Positions 10,542 through 22,951 of a DNA stretch of 64,000 bases are shown one piece after another; within the stretch, counting starts at the first letter, position 1; every line of letters starts with the position of its first letter. Below the pieces are notes generated by a model, which saw only the letters and a list, made by a program, of their open reading frames with translations, did no database searches and was not told the DNA's origin. This stretch comes from Marsupella aquatica. Lineage: Eukaryota > Plantae > Marchantiophyta. The stretch spans positions 20,014,754 to 20,078,753 of the forward strand of contig OZ316896.1 of NCBI GenBank assembly GCA_973895155.1. The letters run 5' to 3'. The position numbers and the translations under genes were made by a program.

Positions 10542-11557
10542 TTCTTGGTGAGTAGGTATGCCAGGTTCAGTATAATTTGATCTGACATGCTTGAAGCGGA
10601 GCAAGCTTTGGAGGAAATGCAATGAGGTTGGTGGGGAATTGTTTGACCAGGGACAGTACTTGCTGGGTGATTCTGGATACCAGGCCGTAGAGCATTTTGT
10701 TGCTGCATTCAAAAAGTATGATACTTCGGTGGACAAGGAGGATTTCAACTTTTGTGTTGCCAAAGCTCGGGTTACCAATGAACATTGTGTTGGTGTTTTA
10801 AAGTCTAGGTGGTTTTCTTTGAAGGAAATCAGAATTCAACTGAAATCTACCAAGGAACACCTATGGATGGTTAGGTGGATAGGCATATGTGCTCGACTCC
10901 ACAATTATGTGATTAGTAGGAACGACTTATGGAGTGAGGAGGACCAGGAGATTGTCGTGGAACACTTGGACGAGGAGGAACCTGCAGAGCCTCATGGACA
11001 CAGGCGCAGAGCGGGTGCTGTAAATCCAACAGCTCGGCTTCAGGCTGTCATGGCAACTGCATTGACTTTTCATAGGCAGCCGGGCGGGTGTCTATGGGCT
11101 GCTGCCAGTACTTCTTAGAGTTAGACAGCTTGGCTCCAAAAATGTTCAGTTTTGGAGACCACATGTGTTAAAACATTTCTCATAGTAATAAACCTTCATG
11201 TTTAAACTCTACACTCTCAAAGTTTTGTTTCATCGAGCAATAACTTTCGTGAGACATCGGTGTGCCAAGCAAGAAATTTAGGGTTTCAAGTGCCAGTACG
11301 CAAAATGAGTAGACAAATTTCTCTCCCACTTCAAAAAAAGAGATGAGTACAAGACTGGATGAATCTCAGTTTATCGTTTTCTGAAATGCTTGTGTCTAAA
11401 AATCAAAATCCCTATCTCGGCAGATACACAAATTTGGAATAATTTGCTTAACAAAATTTGATTGCCTATGGAATGGACCTTAACAAAACTTGATTGCCTA
11501 TGGGATGGAGCCTGCATAAGGATGGTCTTGCACCCAAAAATTGTGCCATTTGTTTTC

Positions 11558-11849
11558 TCACTTGCCACTTCTCCTCTGTCGCATCATGTCTGCTGTAGCT
11601 TTGAACTTGTTCCTGGCCTTAAACCGCACAAGGGGCTCCTCCTTCATGACAACATTGATAGTCTCCTCCTTCACCACAACATGTAGCGGCGGGGTTAGCA
11701 GCTCCTCCTTCATTTCTTGTTTTGCTTGCAGCTCAACCTTAGGTTGGATGACAGATTCAGCTGGTGAGCTGATATTGGGGCTCGTGGGCCACCTCCTGGT
11801 CATGCACTTCTTCTTTGGCCTGGCCATGAGTTCTACGTTCTTGCGTCAT
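11558..11849 (-). other. Putative fourth small transposon gene (~90-96 aa, KxE-rich, basic C-terminus)
   Basis: ORF 11827-11558. An upstream ATG at 11849 (MTQERRTHGQAKEEVHDQEVAHEP) would join it by a 1-nt deletion in the G run at 11777-11780. Splice acceptor TTTGAACAG at 11867; pyrimidine-rich TSS-like tract on the minus strand near 12240-12260. Confidence 0.35.
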
Positions 11850-12464
11850 AGCTGTTGGGTACGTCCCTGTTCAAAGGAATTACAAATTCCAGAAGTTGGC
11901 AACGCAAATGGAGTCGACAACACTATCAAGCAGATAAGCTCATCAAAAGCGATATGTCACAATGCGCAATCGGACGCACAAGTAAACTTTAAAACACCAA
12001 CATGGAACCAAAATCAAAGCGGCACCTGGGTGGAATGTGTGAAGCAGTTGTCTCCAAAGCTGAACCCTTCTCAAAACCGGATGTACAAAGCAAAACCGGA
12101 GTATGAGCTCATCGAGGGGCGAAGAACCCTATCGGGGACTCACGAAAGCGAAGGGCAAAAATGGGACCAAAAACGAAGGCACAACCGGACCAATAACATG
12201 AGCGAAAGGGGACCAAAATCGTCTGCGACACGTGAGAGAACGAGAGGGAGAGGGTGAGAGCGATTGATTGGACGTTTCACATAGTATGACAAAAGGCATT
12301 GGAACCCAGGTTGAATGCAAGTGTGAGATTACAGTAGCAGCGTTGGGCAAGCATACGCATGCATGTACTTGAAGACAGGAGGTCAGGAAAAGTGTCACTT
12401 CAATTTTATTCATAAGTCAAGACGTATGCAAATTACACTTAGCCTTTCCGTAGGCGTGCCTATA

Positions 12465-14011
12465 CTAGTCCTCAACAAGAGCCATCAAAGCCTTGATCTG
12501 CTCATCAGACTTGTTACTTCGGGAGAGTTCAATCAACACTTGAGCCCTCCTCTCTGCTCTAGACATCTGCCAATGATGGTAGCGATCAAGGCAGGCTTTC
12601 TTTTCAGCATTAGCAGAAGTCTCCATCTCCATTTTCAACGCATGCTTTCGCATCAATCGATCCCTCTTTGTAGCCTCTATAGACGTGTCTAGTCGAGCTT
12701 GCCTTTTTTCATCCAATTCAGCCATCTTCCACTTCTCCCGATTTTGGATAAGGTCTTTCTTGTACTCTGCCTTTTGTAGAAGCCGCTCTGCATAGATTGT
12801 GCAAGGTTGGGCTTTGGAGGGGCAGGTTGCTGGCTGTCGGACTTCTTTGATGGAGTTTTCTTTGGTGGCTGGTTCTCCTTATTTGCCAAACCCCCAACTG
12901 GTTGTCTTGCCGGAGTTTGATTTCTTGCTGGTGTGGCAGATGGTACTGTTGGGATTTCTGCACTTGAAGCAGTCGCGGTTTCCCTTGGATAGGTCGAATC
13001 ACCAAAATGGGTTCCTGTACTATCGGCAGCAGGAACCGAATCCCTTGCAATGTCCATGAGGTCTTCCTCCCAAAAAGCCTCTAAATTGAAATCCATAGTG
13101 TCATCAACACCTGCAGGTCCCTCTACAAAACCAAAAAATGATTTGTGAGATGAGGAGCAAGAATTCAAGTTTATCCAAGTGAGTCAAGTGTTACGGCTGT
13201 CGGTCTGCAAAGAATATTGGCATCTCAACATAGAATAGCATTTGTGAAATAGTATACCAGTCAGAATGATTGTCGGTGAATGAGGGACTGATCCAACATC
13301 GTGGAGACCGGTGTCTTCATCTTGGTCCTCATTCGGATCGAAGCTTGTGAATTCATCAACGTCTATGCCAAAATCACCAGTGCCTTGAGGTGCCACATTA
13401 GGCCGTGCTCCAAACAAAGCATGCATCCTCTCAAAATGAGGACATATCCTATTTAACTTGTCCTCCAAACAGAGTCTTGCCTCCAAATCATCCTCTATTA
13501 GACCCCCTCCACTGGCCATTTTCAACTCACGAGCTTCCTTGTATTTGGCGACAAACCTGCCAAATCTCTTATTCAGATTAGGCCCAGTGATGTTCCTTGG
13601 AAAGTTGTGGGCTTGCAAAGCAACGAGCATCTGCTTAAAAACAGTGGCCCTGCTCATCGGTCTCCCTTGTATCTTAGTCTTACCTCCACCATGGATCTGG
13701 TTGAAATTATCTGGGTTCTCCAACCAGTCCACGATCCATCCATAATCCTCGTACTTCAACCTGAACTTCTCTCGTCCCCCTGCAACGCTTGTACCATGCG
13801 CAAATGTGGACCTGGGAGCCGAAACTCCAGCTTGTACAGGTCGACCTCCATTTCTCGCCATGTTTAGTGCAGACAACACTGAATGAGGTCCTGAATTGAA
13901 CGCGATACCTGACAGAGCTTCTGAATTCTGATCGGCAATTGGAGTGTCTGAATCTGAAATGGCATCGTCGACCTCGCCCATGGTATTAAGCTGATTCTTC
14001 ATAGCCAGCAA
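12465..14011 (-). pseudogene. Partner ORF2 of the transposon (Myb/SANT-like DNA-binding region inferred), exons 14011-13258 and 13122-12465
   Basis: IVDWLENPDNF...NLNKRFGRFVAKYKEA..SGGGL..DD...LEDKLNRICPHFERMHALFGARPNVAP, then an acidic/disordered middle and a coiled-coil C-terminus. GT-AG intron 13257-13123 keeps the frame. Restoring one missing A near 12773 gives GFYKKAEYKKDLIQNREKWKMAELDE. Confidence 0.8.
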
Positions 14012-14336
14012 TTTTGTTTGAGCTCGACCGACCGCCGCAATGCCGGATCAGGAAGTAATGAGCATCGAGAGGGAATACGAGAACGACACACAAAATGAGG
14101 GCGATTTTGAATTTGAATGCCGACATTTCGTGCCGAGGTTTTGAGTTATTATTGCTACATGGGGCCTGGCGGCAAAAACATTCAGAAATGGAGGGGAACT
14201 TTGAGCGGGCCGTTTCCCGTAACTAATGCATTAAGGCATGGGTCAAACCCTCCCCCCCCCCCCCTCCGGTCAGGTACCATAGAAGTAACCCGTAACTTGG
14301 GTTACGGCAAAAGAGAGTTGCCCTTAACTCAAATGG

Positions 14337-14359
14337 AAAACCCAGGTTTGAGACGCCCT
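14337..14359 (-). repeat. Right TIR
   Basis: AAAACCCAGGTTTGAGACGCCCT followed by the AAT TSD. Confidence 0.95.
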
Positions 14360-14390
14360 AATGCAGTCATATTGTGCAAGGAGAAAGCCC

Positions 14391-15890
14391 TTGGGGCCAA
14401 CTTGGATATTCGCGAATTTGGGCAACACCAGGTCTGTTGGTGGCCACTGGTGTGGATGCTCTAGTAAGCTAGAAAATGAAGAACACATGACGGGTGATGT
14501 CTAGGTTTGTCCTATTGCTAAGATTTTTTGTAAATAGGATGGACCACTTTATATTCTCAGCATCACAAATAGAGGACCAAGGTTCTACTTTTCTCATGAG
14601 TGAAGTGCTCATTTCAAGAAATAGGATAAATTGGGCCAACTTGGATATATGCATGAATTTTGGCAGCACCAGGCCTTGTTGCAAGCCTCCAGCGCACATG
14701 CTCTATGCTTGGATGTGAAACCTGGATGGACCTCTAAGTTTGTTAAAACGCTCCCATGACTTTTTTACAACAAACTCAGAGACCGTATTCACAATTTATC
14801 CATGCTGCTTACAGGGTTTCTATCCACAATCCATGGGAGCATGATTTTCCAAACGTTTGGAACATATTGAAATTGCAAAAACAAAATCCGTGAAATATGT
14901 TGTGTATGAATATGGTACCATTATGTATGTACACGCAAACAGTCATAGTCTACTGTATAAAAGTGACAGCAAAGAAGGGAGCAAGGGAAAAGAAAGGATG
15001 GACCTCTAGGTTTGCCAAATGCTCCTATGGATTCTTTACAACGTCACAGAGAGTATTCCCAATCAGTCCATCCTGGTTACAGGGTCATGGGAGCATCACT
15101 TTCCAAACATTCGGGACAAATTGAAATTGGAAAAAAAATCAGTGAAATATGTTGTGGATACAGTACGGTACCATAATATATGTCCAATATACAGTTGTAT
15201 TCTCCTGTGGAGAAAGTGGCAGGAAAGGAGGAAGCAATGGAGAAAAGAATAAACCTCTAGGTTTGCCAAAATGCTCCCATGATTTCTTACAATACCACCC
15301 CAGAGGGTATTCCCTACGAGTCCATCCTGGTTGGCTGGTTTCTACTTCCAAATCAATGTTTGGGAGATCTTCCAATTTACAGACTATCACTGTTTTTATT
15401 GTATTTACAAATATGCCCAGAAAAATGTTTGCAGCTTGCAGGGTTACATTGATGAACTTGTCATCCATATACCAAAACCATCACATTATACACACAAAAA
15501 TGAATTTACATTACTATCACTGTTTTTATTGTATTTACAAATATGCCCCCAAAAAAGTATACAGTTTCCATGGTTACCTTGATGAACTTGTCATCCATAT
15601 ACAAAAACCATGACATTTTACACACAAAAATGAACCCGTGTCATGTTGTACATTAAAGAAATTTGTCACACTATTGTCACTTACCATCTTAAGTGGCAAA
15701 GTACTGAAAAGTGAAAATGAAGCCCCTAACAGACCTCTAGGTTTGTCAAAATGCTCCCATTCATTTCTGCAACTCAGATGGACCCCATTTTCTTCTGGCC
15801 ATGGGAGCATCATTTTCAGGGAAAAGTTGCTTGAAAAAACAAAATCCATGAAATACCTTGTGGATACGGAAAGGTACCATAAAGTATGTA
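14391..15890. repeat. Degenerate modular repeat region, including a ~130-bp tandem duplication at 15383-15632
   Basis: ACCTCTAGGTTTG.CAAAATGCTCCCAT...CATGGGAGCAT..AAATC..TGAAATA..TGTG modules near 14729, 15001, 15253 and 15732. GGGCCAACTTGGATAT near 14394 and 14633. Confidence 0.7.
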
Positions 15891-16012
15891 CATGAGTACC
15901 TATAGTACATCAATCGAATCATACTGTAGAGAAAGTATTATACGATTGCGGGAAAGAAGGAAACAAGGGAAAAGAAAGAACGAGCGTGCGCGACACGAAG
16001 CACCACGACGAG

Positions 16013-16040
<28 letters not shown>
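16013..16040. repeat. (CAAT)7 microsatellite upstream of ATG4
   Basis: Read directly from the sequence. Confidence 0.9.
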
Positions 16041-16043
<3 letters not shown>

Positions 16044-17146
16044 CCAAATCACACACATTCGTTCATTCTTTCCCGGACGATGATGCTGATGCATGAAGCT
16101 TTCTAGCCTTCCTCCCGCACGGCACCGAAAGACTGAAGCGCAAACGCGAACGCAACAATCAGGCGATGGATTGCGAACCTCTGCGGATTACAGCGAAATC
16201 GTCAACATCGAAACGCGGGTGAGAAATTTCCTTGTCTGCGCAATGTGGTGGTATAATGGAGCTTTGTAGGGCAGGCTTGGTGTGAATCGAGGAGACGGAG
16301 ATCTCTCTGTCTGGACAACGATCTGATGTAGCGATTGCGTGCTGAGCGCCTCGGATTTCTGTGAAGAGCGATTTTCGTCATGGTGCCGCTGTTTTCTGTG
16401 AAATTTCGACTCGATTTGGGACTTTGTGGTGTGCGGGCTTTTTCGGGTTTGGATACAGAGCCGATTTTTAGGTTCCAGGGAGAAGATTGTTTGTCTCTGG
16501 TTTGATTTTGTGGCCCCGATTTGCATCTGTTCGTGGGGAGGAGGGAAGGCTTGGATCTGTTTGCGACTGCAATGGGGATCGGCCGAGGTCGGACGAGAAG
16601 CGTTTCCGATTGATCCGCCTAAAGCGTTTTGATGATTGTGCCCCGCGAATAACATGCATATTCTCGAGATGCGTGCTGGCCTTTTCCAGAAGCCGTGGAT
16701 GGCCGGAAAGTAGGGTTTTCGGATCAGTTCTTGGGATGCATCTGGCTCACCGATATATGGTGTCTGCAATTTGGTCGGGTTGTTAGGCAGAGGGACGCGA
16801 GCCCGACCTCGTAGGGCAATTGAGGCTTCTTTGTCCGTCGGGGATCGGTGGATTTCGGGCCCAGCAGGAACTCAAGTTGGACGCAGAGGTGGTCAATGTG
16901 ACGGGGCTGCCCCGCGAAGTTCTGGTTATTTCGGCATTGTGCGCAGCTGATGGTTTCAGTCTCGTTTCCCAAAGTCAAATTGACAGAAATAGAGAGGAGT
17001 TTGTCACGCTTATCCCAAGTCGATGACAAATAAACTAAAGCGGGAGGAGCAGCACAGTGAAGAACGATACTTACATTCAACCCTGGGACAGAAAGGTTAC
17101 AAAACTGACGCACTTACAGGCCACCAAGTCTCTCTTTCTGGGCGCG

Positions 17147-20100
17147 ATGGAGAGGCAATTTAGGCGCCTTCATGACAGATTCTGGGGGACGAAATGGAGC
17201 AGTAGTACGGCACCCGACAGTCCCGTGTGGGTCTTGGGTGTCTGCTACAAATTGTCGTCGTCAGCCGAGAGTGGGGATGAGTCGACGGCACCACCCCAGG
17301 ATGTCAATGAATTTCTCCAGGATTTTAGTTCGAGGATATGGCTCACTTATCGCCGAGGTAACACTTCTCGATAACACTTGGCGATTATCCCTTCGTGTTC
17401 GGTCTGTTTTCACCGAAATGCACGCCATAACGATACAGAAAGGCAGACTTGTCGGATTGGACTATGCTTTTCCGTTATGATGGGCTTGCAATGATGGAGT
17501 TTATACGAGAAGAATACTGTGGCAACGATGTCGAATGAATATTGTTAATATTTTGAACAGTTATTCTGCAAGATTATGACTTGTTGTGCTTTTGTTGGAG
17601 TTCTTACAGGTTTCGAAGCACTAGGCCCAACAAAGCTCACAAGTGATGTGGGCTGGGGTTGCATGCTTCGCAGTGGCCAGATGCTTCTCGCCCAGGTGAA
17701 TACCCCCATTTGCTTTATGTCTTGAGGTGTCTCATTTTGCACCTATACAGCATGCGTTTTGGCTTAATTTATTCATATGCTGGTCGATGTTTTATAGTGG
17801 TGATGAACCGATTGCTTTAGCATGAAATTTATGAGTCTACAGGTCAAAGCTTCCTCAATTTCTGCTCCAGTAGGTCCGTTTCCAGACCCAGGTATCTTCA
17901 TTGTCTGAAACGGTTAAAAATTGATGGCATCCTTGTAGGCTCTGGTCTGCCATTATCTCAGGAGGGAGTGGCGACGGGACCCAGAACAGGTAAAGCTTCC
18001 AGATAGCTCTAAGGATGCTTGATCTGATAGACAGCTATACTCGTCGAACACCCGTGGGAAAATATATGTACACCTTTTGTGGTTCAATTCGCTATGAGTA
18101 ATGTCCTAGACCATCGATTGCTTAGTTATTGACGGAATATATGATATTATGATTGGCCTTCTGTGAATGTATCAATTTGAATGTATGTTTTTCTTTCGAT
18201 CACAACTCAAACTGATTAATGATTATCTCTTATTGTTGGCATTTCAGCCGCATGAACAGAAATATTTGGAAATTCTGCAAAGCTTTGGAGACTCTCTTGA
18301 GGAATCATCCCCTTTTTCAATCCATAACCTACTGGAAGCAGGAAGCCCTAATGGTTTAGTTGCCGGCTCATGGTTGGGTCCCTACGCCCTTTGTCGTGCA
18401 ATTGAGGCACTTGCAATTCGCGACACGCAGAGTTGGGAACATGGGACACGTAAGCGCGCACTTCCAATGGCTGTGTGTGTTGTATCCGGGGATGCAGAAG
18501 GAGAACGAGGTGGTGCCCCGGTACTTTGCATTGAGGATATTGCTGAGTTGTGTGCTGATTGGGAGAAAGGTTCTGGCAAATGGGCTCCACTTTTACTGTT
18601 GGTGCCACTTGTCCTGGGTGTGGACAAGGTCAATCCACGGTAAGATCCCGTTAGGTTTCTGATTAGGTATTTAGATCATCCAGTTTTAAGTGTTGCTTGG
18701 AATCCCAACTTTCTTGTTATGTGGCTCTTTGGGTAACTATGATATGAAAGTCTCCGTGTATCAGTGGATACCTTGGTCCGGGTCTGTTTGTGTGAAGTTT
18801 GCTTACATAAATTTGTGGAAGATCTGTCCAGTTGAAAGTATTTTGTCTCCATTAGTAAAACAATTCGTGGCAAGAAGTGTCTACCAGATTGCAGTAACAG
18901 AATATTTTAAACCAACGTTGTCGCCAGCTGGTTTGTTATATATGTAAATGAAGAAGAAAATGTACTTGACTGGATGGACTGTAGCATTGAGAGATGTGGA
19001 ACATCCGATCGCCATTGCCATTTGATATATGCAAGATTGTCAGTTGGGTACATTTGATGTTTCGAGTCTGTTGATGGAATTATGAATTGTCTTACTGGTC
19101 AAGTGTTCTCCCGGACTTAACAAAGGTGTGGTTTCTTTTTCTCTCCCAGGTATTTGCCGTCTTTAAGGGCAACTTTTTGCTTTCCGCAAAGTTTGGGCAT
19201 TGCCGGGGGCAAACCAGGAGCATCAACCTATCTTGTGGGTATCCAAGATGATCAGGCTCTATACTTGGATCCACATGAAGTGCAGCAGGTCCTTTTCTCT
19301 CTCTCATAATTGGTTGGTGGTTTCCTGACCACCAGACAGTTCTCCTTGGCTTTTGGCTGTTGAAACTCATGTTAAGTTTGTTACAGTGACGTACGTCCAG
19401 GTGCTCAGCATAGGACGACCAAATTTCCTTCAATGCAGAGCGTATGTAATAGGATAATGAAATACTTTGGTGTATGGTCCCCAGGGACATGGGACATGAG
19501 AGGCCACACGACGGGAACTAAAACATAGTTTCGTGGGGATTTGTTGTTCTTTTGGCTTTTTAGGCCTTCAGGGTACTTAATTATATCCTTTTGTGGCACC
19601 TAGGAAAGACATGTGAAGAACAGAAATGTAGTTGACAAAGGAGGCAAGTAGGCTGTTGTTGTCTCGGTGCTTGATGATTCCCAAGCGACCTGTAGCCACC
19701 GCGTTGTAGGAATGAATCTAGTAGAAAAGTGAGGGAGAGTAACTGAAGGAGGGTTTTGATTGCTTTCTTGTAGTTGGACAGGTTGTGAGGACTAGTCCAG
19801 ATGATGGTGTGAAGGTGGATACCAGCTCCTATCACTGCAGGTTCGTCCTTCAATTTGCTATTAATTCACGAACGTCTTGGGACATTGATCGTAGGCAGTC
19901 GTTCAAGAATAGGTTGATGAAAGTGATGATGCAGTTGACAAAATTACTGATTAGAAAGTGATTTGGACAGTGTTGTGCGGCGAATGGCGCTGGATGCCAT
20001 TGATCCATCACTCGCTCTTGGCTTCTACTGTCGAGACAAGGGTATAATCCTTTCCAAACTCTATGAAAGTATGATTGAAATTTGAATCTTGAGATTACTT

Positions 20101-20514
20101 AATCAGGAGAGTTAAAAAGTGAAGACTAAACGGTAGCCGCTGCAGGTGATATATTTCTCTCGAATAACAGTTCACCACGGAATTTGTTTTCAACTTGACA
20201 TGTCGGTATTTGTTAGGTGCACATTGGGTCTTGGGAGTCTAGTCATGAGTTGGAAAGCATATTAGATTTTCTTAACACATCAATGGTTTTTTGCTTTCTC
20301 AGCTGAGTTTGAGGATCTGTGTACGCGTTCGTCAGAACTTGCCAAGGAATCAAATGGGGCCCCCATGTTCACTGTAGCACAGAGCAGAAGCAGAAAGCTT
20401 ACAAGTGACTTGAGCTTCGGGAAGCTCAGGCTGGATGGCCAAGACTCCACTTCAGGGGACACTGAAAATGTAGACGTTGCTTCCACTTCAGAGGACGACT
20501 GGCAACTTCTTTAA
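17147..20514 (+). CDS. ATG4: Autophagy cysteine protease ATG4; exons 17147-17357, 17610-17695, 17939-17989, 18248-18639, 19150-19288, 19782-19840, 19971-20041, 20303-20514
   Basis: [14 protein letters not shown]; [21 protein letters not shown] (catalytic Cys); YLDPHEVQ (Asp/His); DTSSYHC; [11 protein letters not shown]; C-terminal AIM EDDWQLL. All introns are GT-AG. The start codon is uncertain. Confidence 0.95.
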
Positions 20515-22663
20515 CTCATTTATGTGGTCAATCCAAGTTAGGTCATTTTATTAGCAGTATCCAATACACAGATCTATCAATTGAGGCTGGAGGCACGACT
20601 GTCTTCATCCTGATAGTTTAAAATCGTAGGAAATGATAGCAACAGGATAGTTTGTAGAAATTGTAAAGTCCTTGTATTCTTGGTCACTTAATTAGTGTTT
20701 TTGCAGCCAATTTCCTCTAAGTTAGGACACATTGGCAATTTATTTGTCTCCTGCTGGGTTTACTAGTTTATATTCAAGACATATTAACCCAAGGAGACAC
20801 ACATTAAAGAGACGAATTCTGTTGGCAAGAGTTCCTGTTAGGGTGTAGTTCTGCCCTTGCTCCACTACTGTCGTCTTTTTCTGGAAACTACCTGATTAAC
20901 TTCGAGGTAGCATGATTTCATGAAGCCCAATCAAAGTGCTGCTCTTTATTCATGCAGACGTTAGATTGCCAGATAGATTGTTTTCACGAAGTGAATCGCC
21001 GTTTTAGTGTTGCTCTTCATTTCTATGTACAGATTTTGGAGTTTCCCGTGTGGTCTTGCACTATTATGAAGGTGCTGGTGCGCATCGTCCAGTTCTGTTG
21101 GTGGAACACGGCTTCCTTCACGGACTCACCACAACACAAGACTACCCCTCATCGACCACAGTGCTCGTTACGAACTCAACATGTCTTTTGTACTCTACGT
21201 GATGGGCTAGTCACCGCGAGACCCTCATGTCGATTATGCTCAGGGTTAGGAGCATGGTAGATTCAACTCTTTGGTAAAGGGTTTCTCTGGTGCTGGTGGT
21301 TCCGAAGATTTGCCCAATGATGTATAACGTCTTAACCACACTGAATCATATGACGTTCTGCTACTTTCTTCCTTGGCATGGGCTCCACGTACACCGTTCT
21401 GCGGCATCCCTAGCTCAGCCTGCCTCTACCAGAAACTTTTAGGAACAACTTCAAGTTTATGGTATGGGCTGGCAGGCGGAAGGGATGGGAGGGAGTGTCG
21501 GTCTTCGGAGAGCCTATTTCAAGGGTATAGCAGATCGTTTGTATGTGGAAAACTTGGCATTATCTGAGGGCTGGGTCCTCGAACATCTTCTTAGATGCGG
21601 TATGGCGTATGGAAGCGTCGTTGACTATTGTTCCTTTCAGCGTGCAGAGATACGTCCTCTATTCACGGCGTTCTTGATGACGAACGTCATTGAACTACCC
21701 CTTTCTGCCCTTGATGAATGATAAGACGCCAATATTCTCATCGTTCATCTGTTGAACTTGAAAATTGTTAATTAAATTGACACAATCTATGTGATGCATC
21801 TACCTGCACGCTTTGCGAAGCTTGTTCTCTAGGGTGCCTCGGTGGAACATGTGCATGTGGCACAGTTTCCACGATGATAAAGGATGAAGACAAGGAACAG
21901 TACAGAGTACATAACTTGAAAGGATCTAATCTATGGACTTCGTACCTACGTGTGAGTGATGAATCTGAAATTAGCCTTCTGGCCATTTCTAGCTCTCTTA
22001 GTTTTGCCTAGTGTTGCTTCCCGAACTACTCCGTTGGGATAATGCTTGATCGTTGGTAATCTCGTTTTCCACTCGTTCTCCACGCAGCAAACTAATTCCC
22101 AGGTATGCAATCTTGACGTCACTCACAATACTCTGGTTTTGAGGACTGTAACCTGAGTGTCCTGTGACCCTCGGGCAGTTCTACTCAGAGATTTGAGATA
22201 TGGCTCATCTCTTGGGGTAGTGCATCCAGAGTTGTAGCACCTCCAGACTCCTGTTTTGTGGCTCACCTCAGACGATTACTTGTGGGACTTTCATGACTTA
22301 AATGTGGAATCTCTCACTACAAGAGCTACGGGTGTTTAGAAATCATGTGGGTTCTGCTCGTAATAGAGCTTACATGGATGAACAACCGTCCTAAGATAAA
22401 CTACTAAAACTCACATTTCAGTTTCAGTTATCAATGTTGAGCTGGTTCCACAATGAATAATATCGAATATTTGAATGTGCCACAGCCCAGATTCTTAACA
22501 CAGGATCCGCAAATCTATCTGCCTGATTGCACCCAAGTCCTCCCGAATCCTGAGATTGAATGTGTGAGTGTCTATACCACATTGAGAGTATTTTGGTACA
22601 CGATAGCTTGGAAAGTAGTTCTGCAAGTTTCACCATGTCATTCCATCATTCTAATTTGTACTA

Positions 22664-22951
22664 CTGTCCCACGGGCAAGTGGACACCCGTAGACTTCGAA
22701 TTCATTCATTCTTTCTTTCCAACAATGAAGCTGACCATCTTAGCTTTTACTTGGTGCGGCTTCCCTTAATGTAGAATTTCACTTCATAACCAACCATCCT
22801 TATTTGTGCTTCTGTCCCACGGGCATGTGGACACCCCTAGACTTAGAATTCATCCTTCCTTTCATTCTTTCTTTCATAAGATGAAGTTGACTATCTTAGC
22901 CTCTACTTGGTGCGACTTCCCTGAGTGTAGAAATTCACTTCATAACCGACT
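22664..22951. repeat. ~148-bp tandem duplication, 2 diverged copies
   Basis: CTGTCCCACGGGCA.GTGGACACCC.TAGACTT...CACTTCATAACC at 22664 and 22812. Confidence 0.85.

Larger units (their letters stand above)
3201..11118 (+). pseudogene. Harbinger/PHIS DDE transposase (HARBI1-like), exons 3201-4028 and 10556-11118, disrupted
   Basis: Catalytic motifs GLIDGTLIP, LLGDSGY and RVTNEHCVGVLKSRW, plus YSINAQVVCD and PGS. Frameshift near 3628 (IEDHHV / DSPNEQAPICWQLAVTLDRLG) and in-frame TAA at 10573-10575. Intron 4029-10555 (GTAAG...TAG) contains the copia. Confidence 0.9.
1695..14359. mobile_element. PHIS-superfamily (PIF/Harbinger-related, Pangu-type) DNA transposon, ~6.2 kb without the nested copia
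   Basis: Perfect 23-bp TIRs AGGGCGTCTCAAACCTGGGTTTT (1695-1717; inverted at 14337-14359). AAT TSD at 1692-1694 and 14360-14362. Contains a Harbinger-type DDE transposase and a convergent partner ORF. Confidence 0.9.

Noticed and set aside
11541-12257. 238-aa plus-strand ORF
   Set aside because: Non-ATG start and no recognisable motif; it is antisense to the better-supported minus-strand unit.
20422-20440. Resemblance to miR390 (AAGCTCAGG...)
   Set aside because: It lies within an ATG4 coding exon, has several mismatches and forms no hairpin.
21000-22400. Possible decayed LINE or coding remnant
   Set aside because: No endonuclease or RT motif could be read with confidence.
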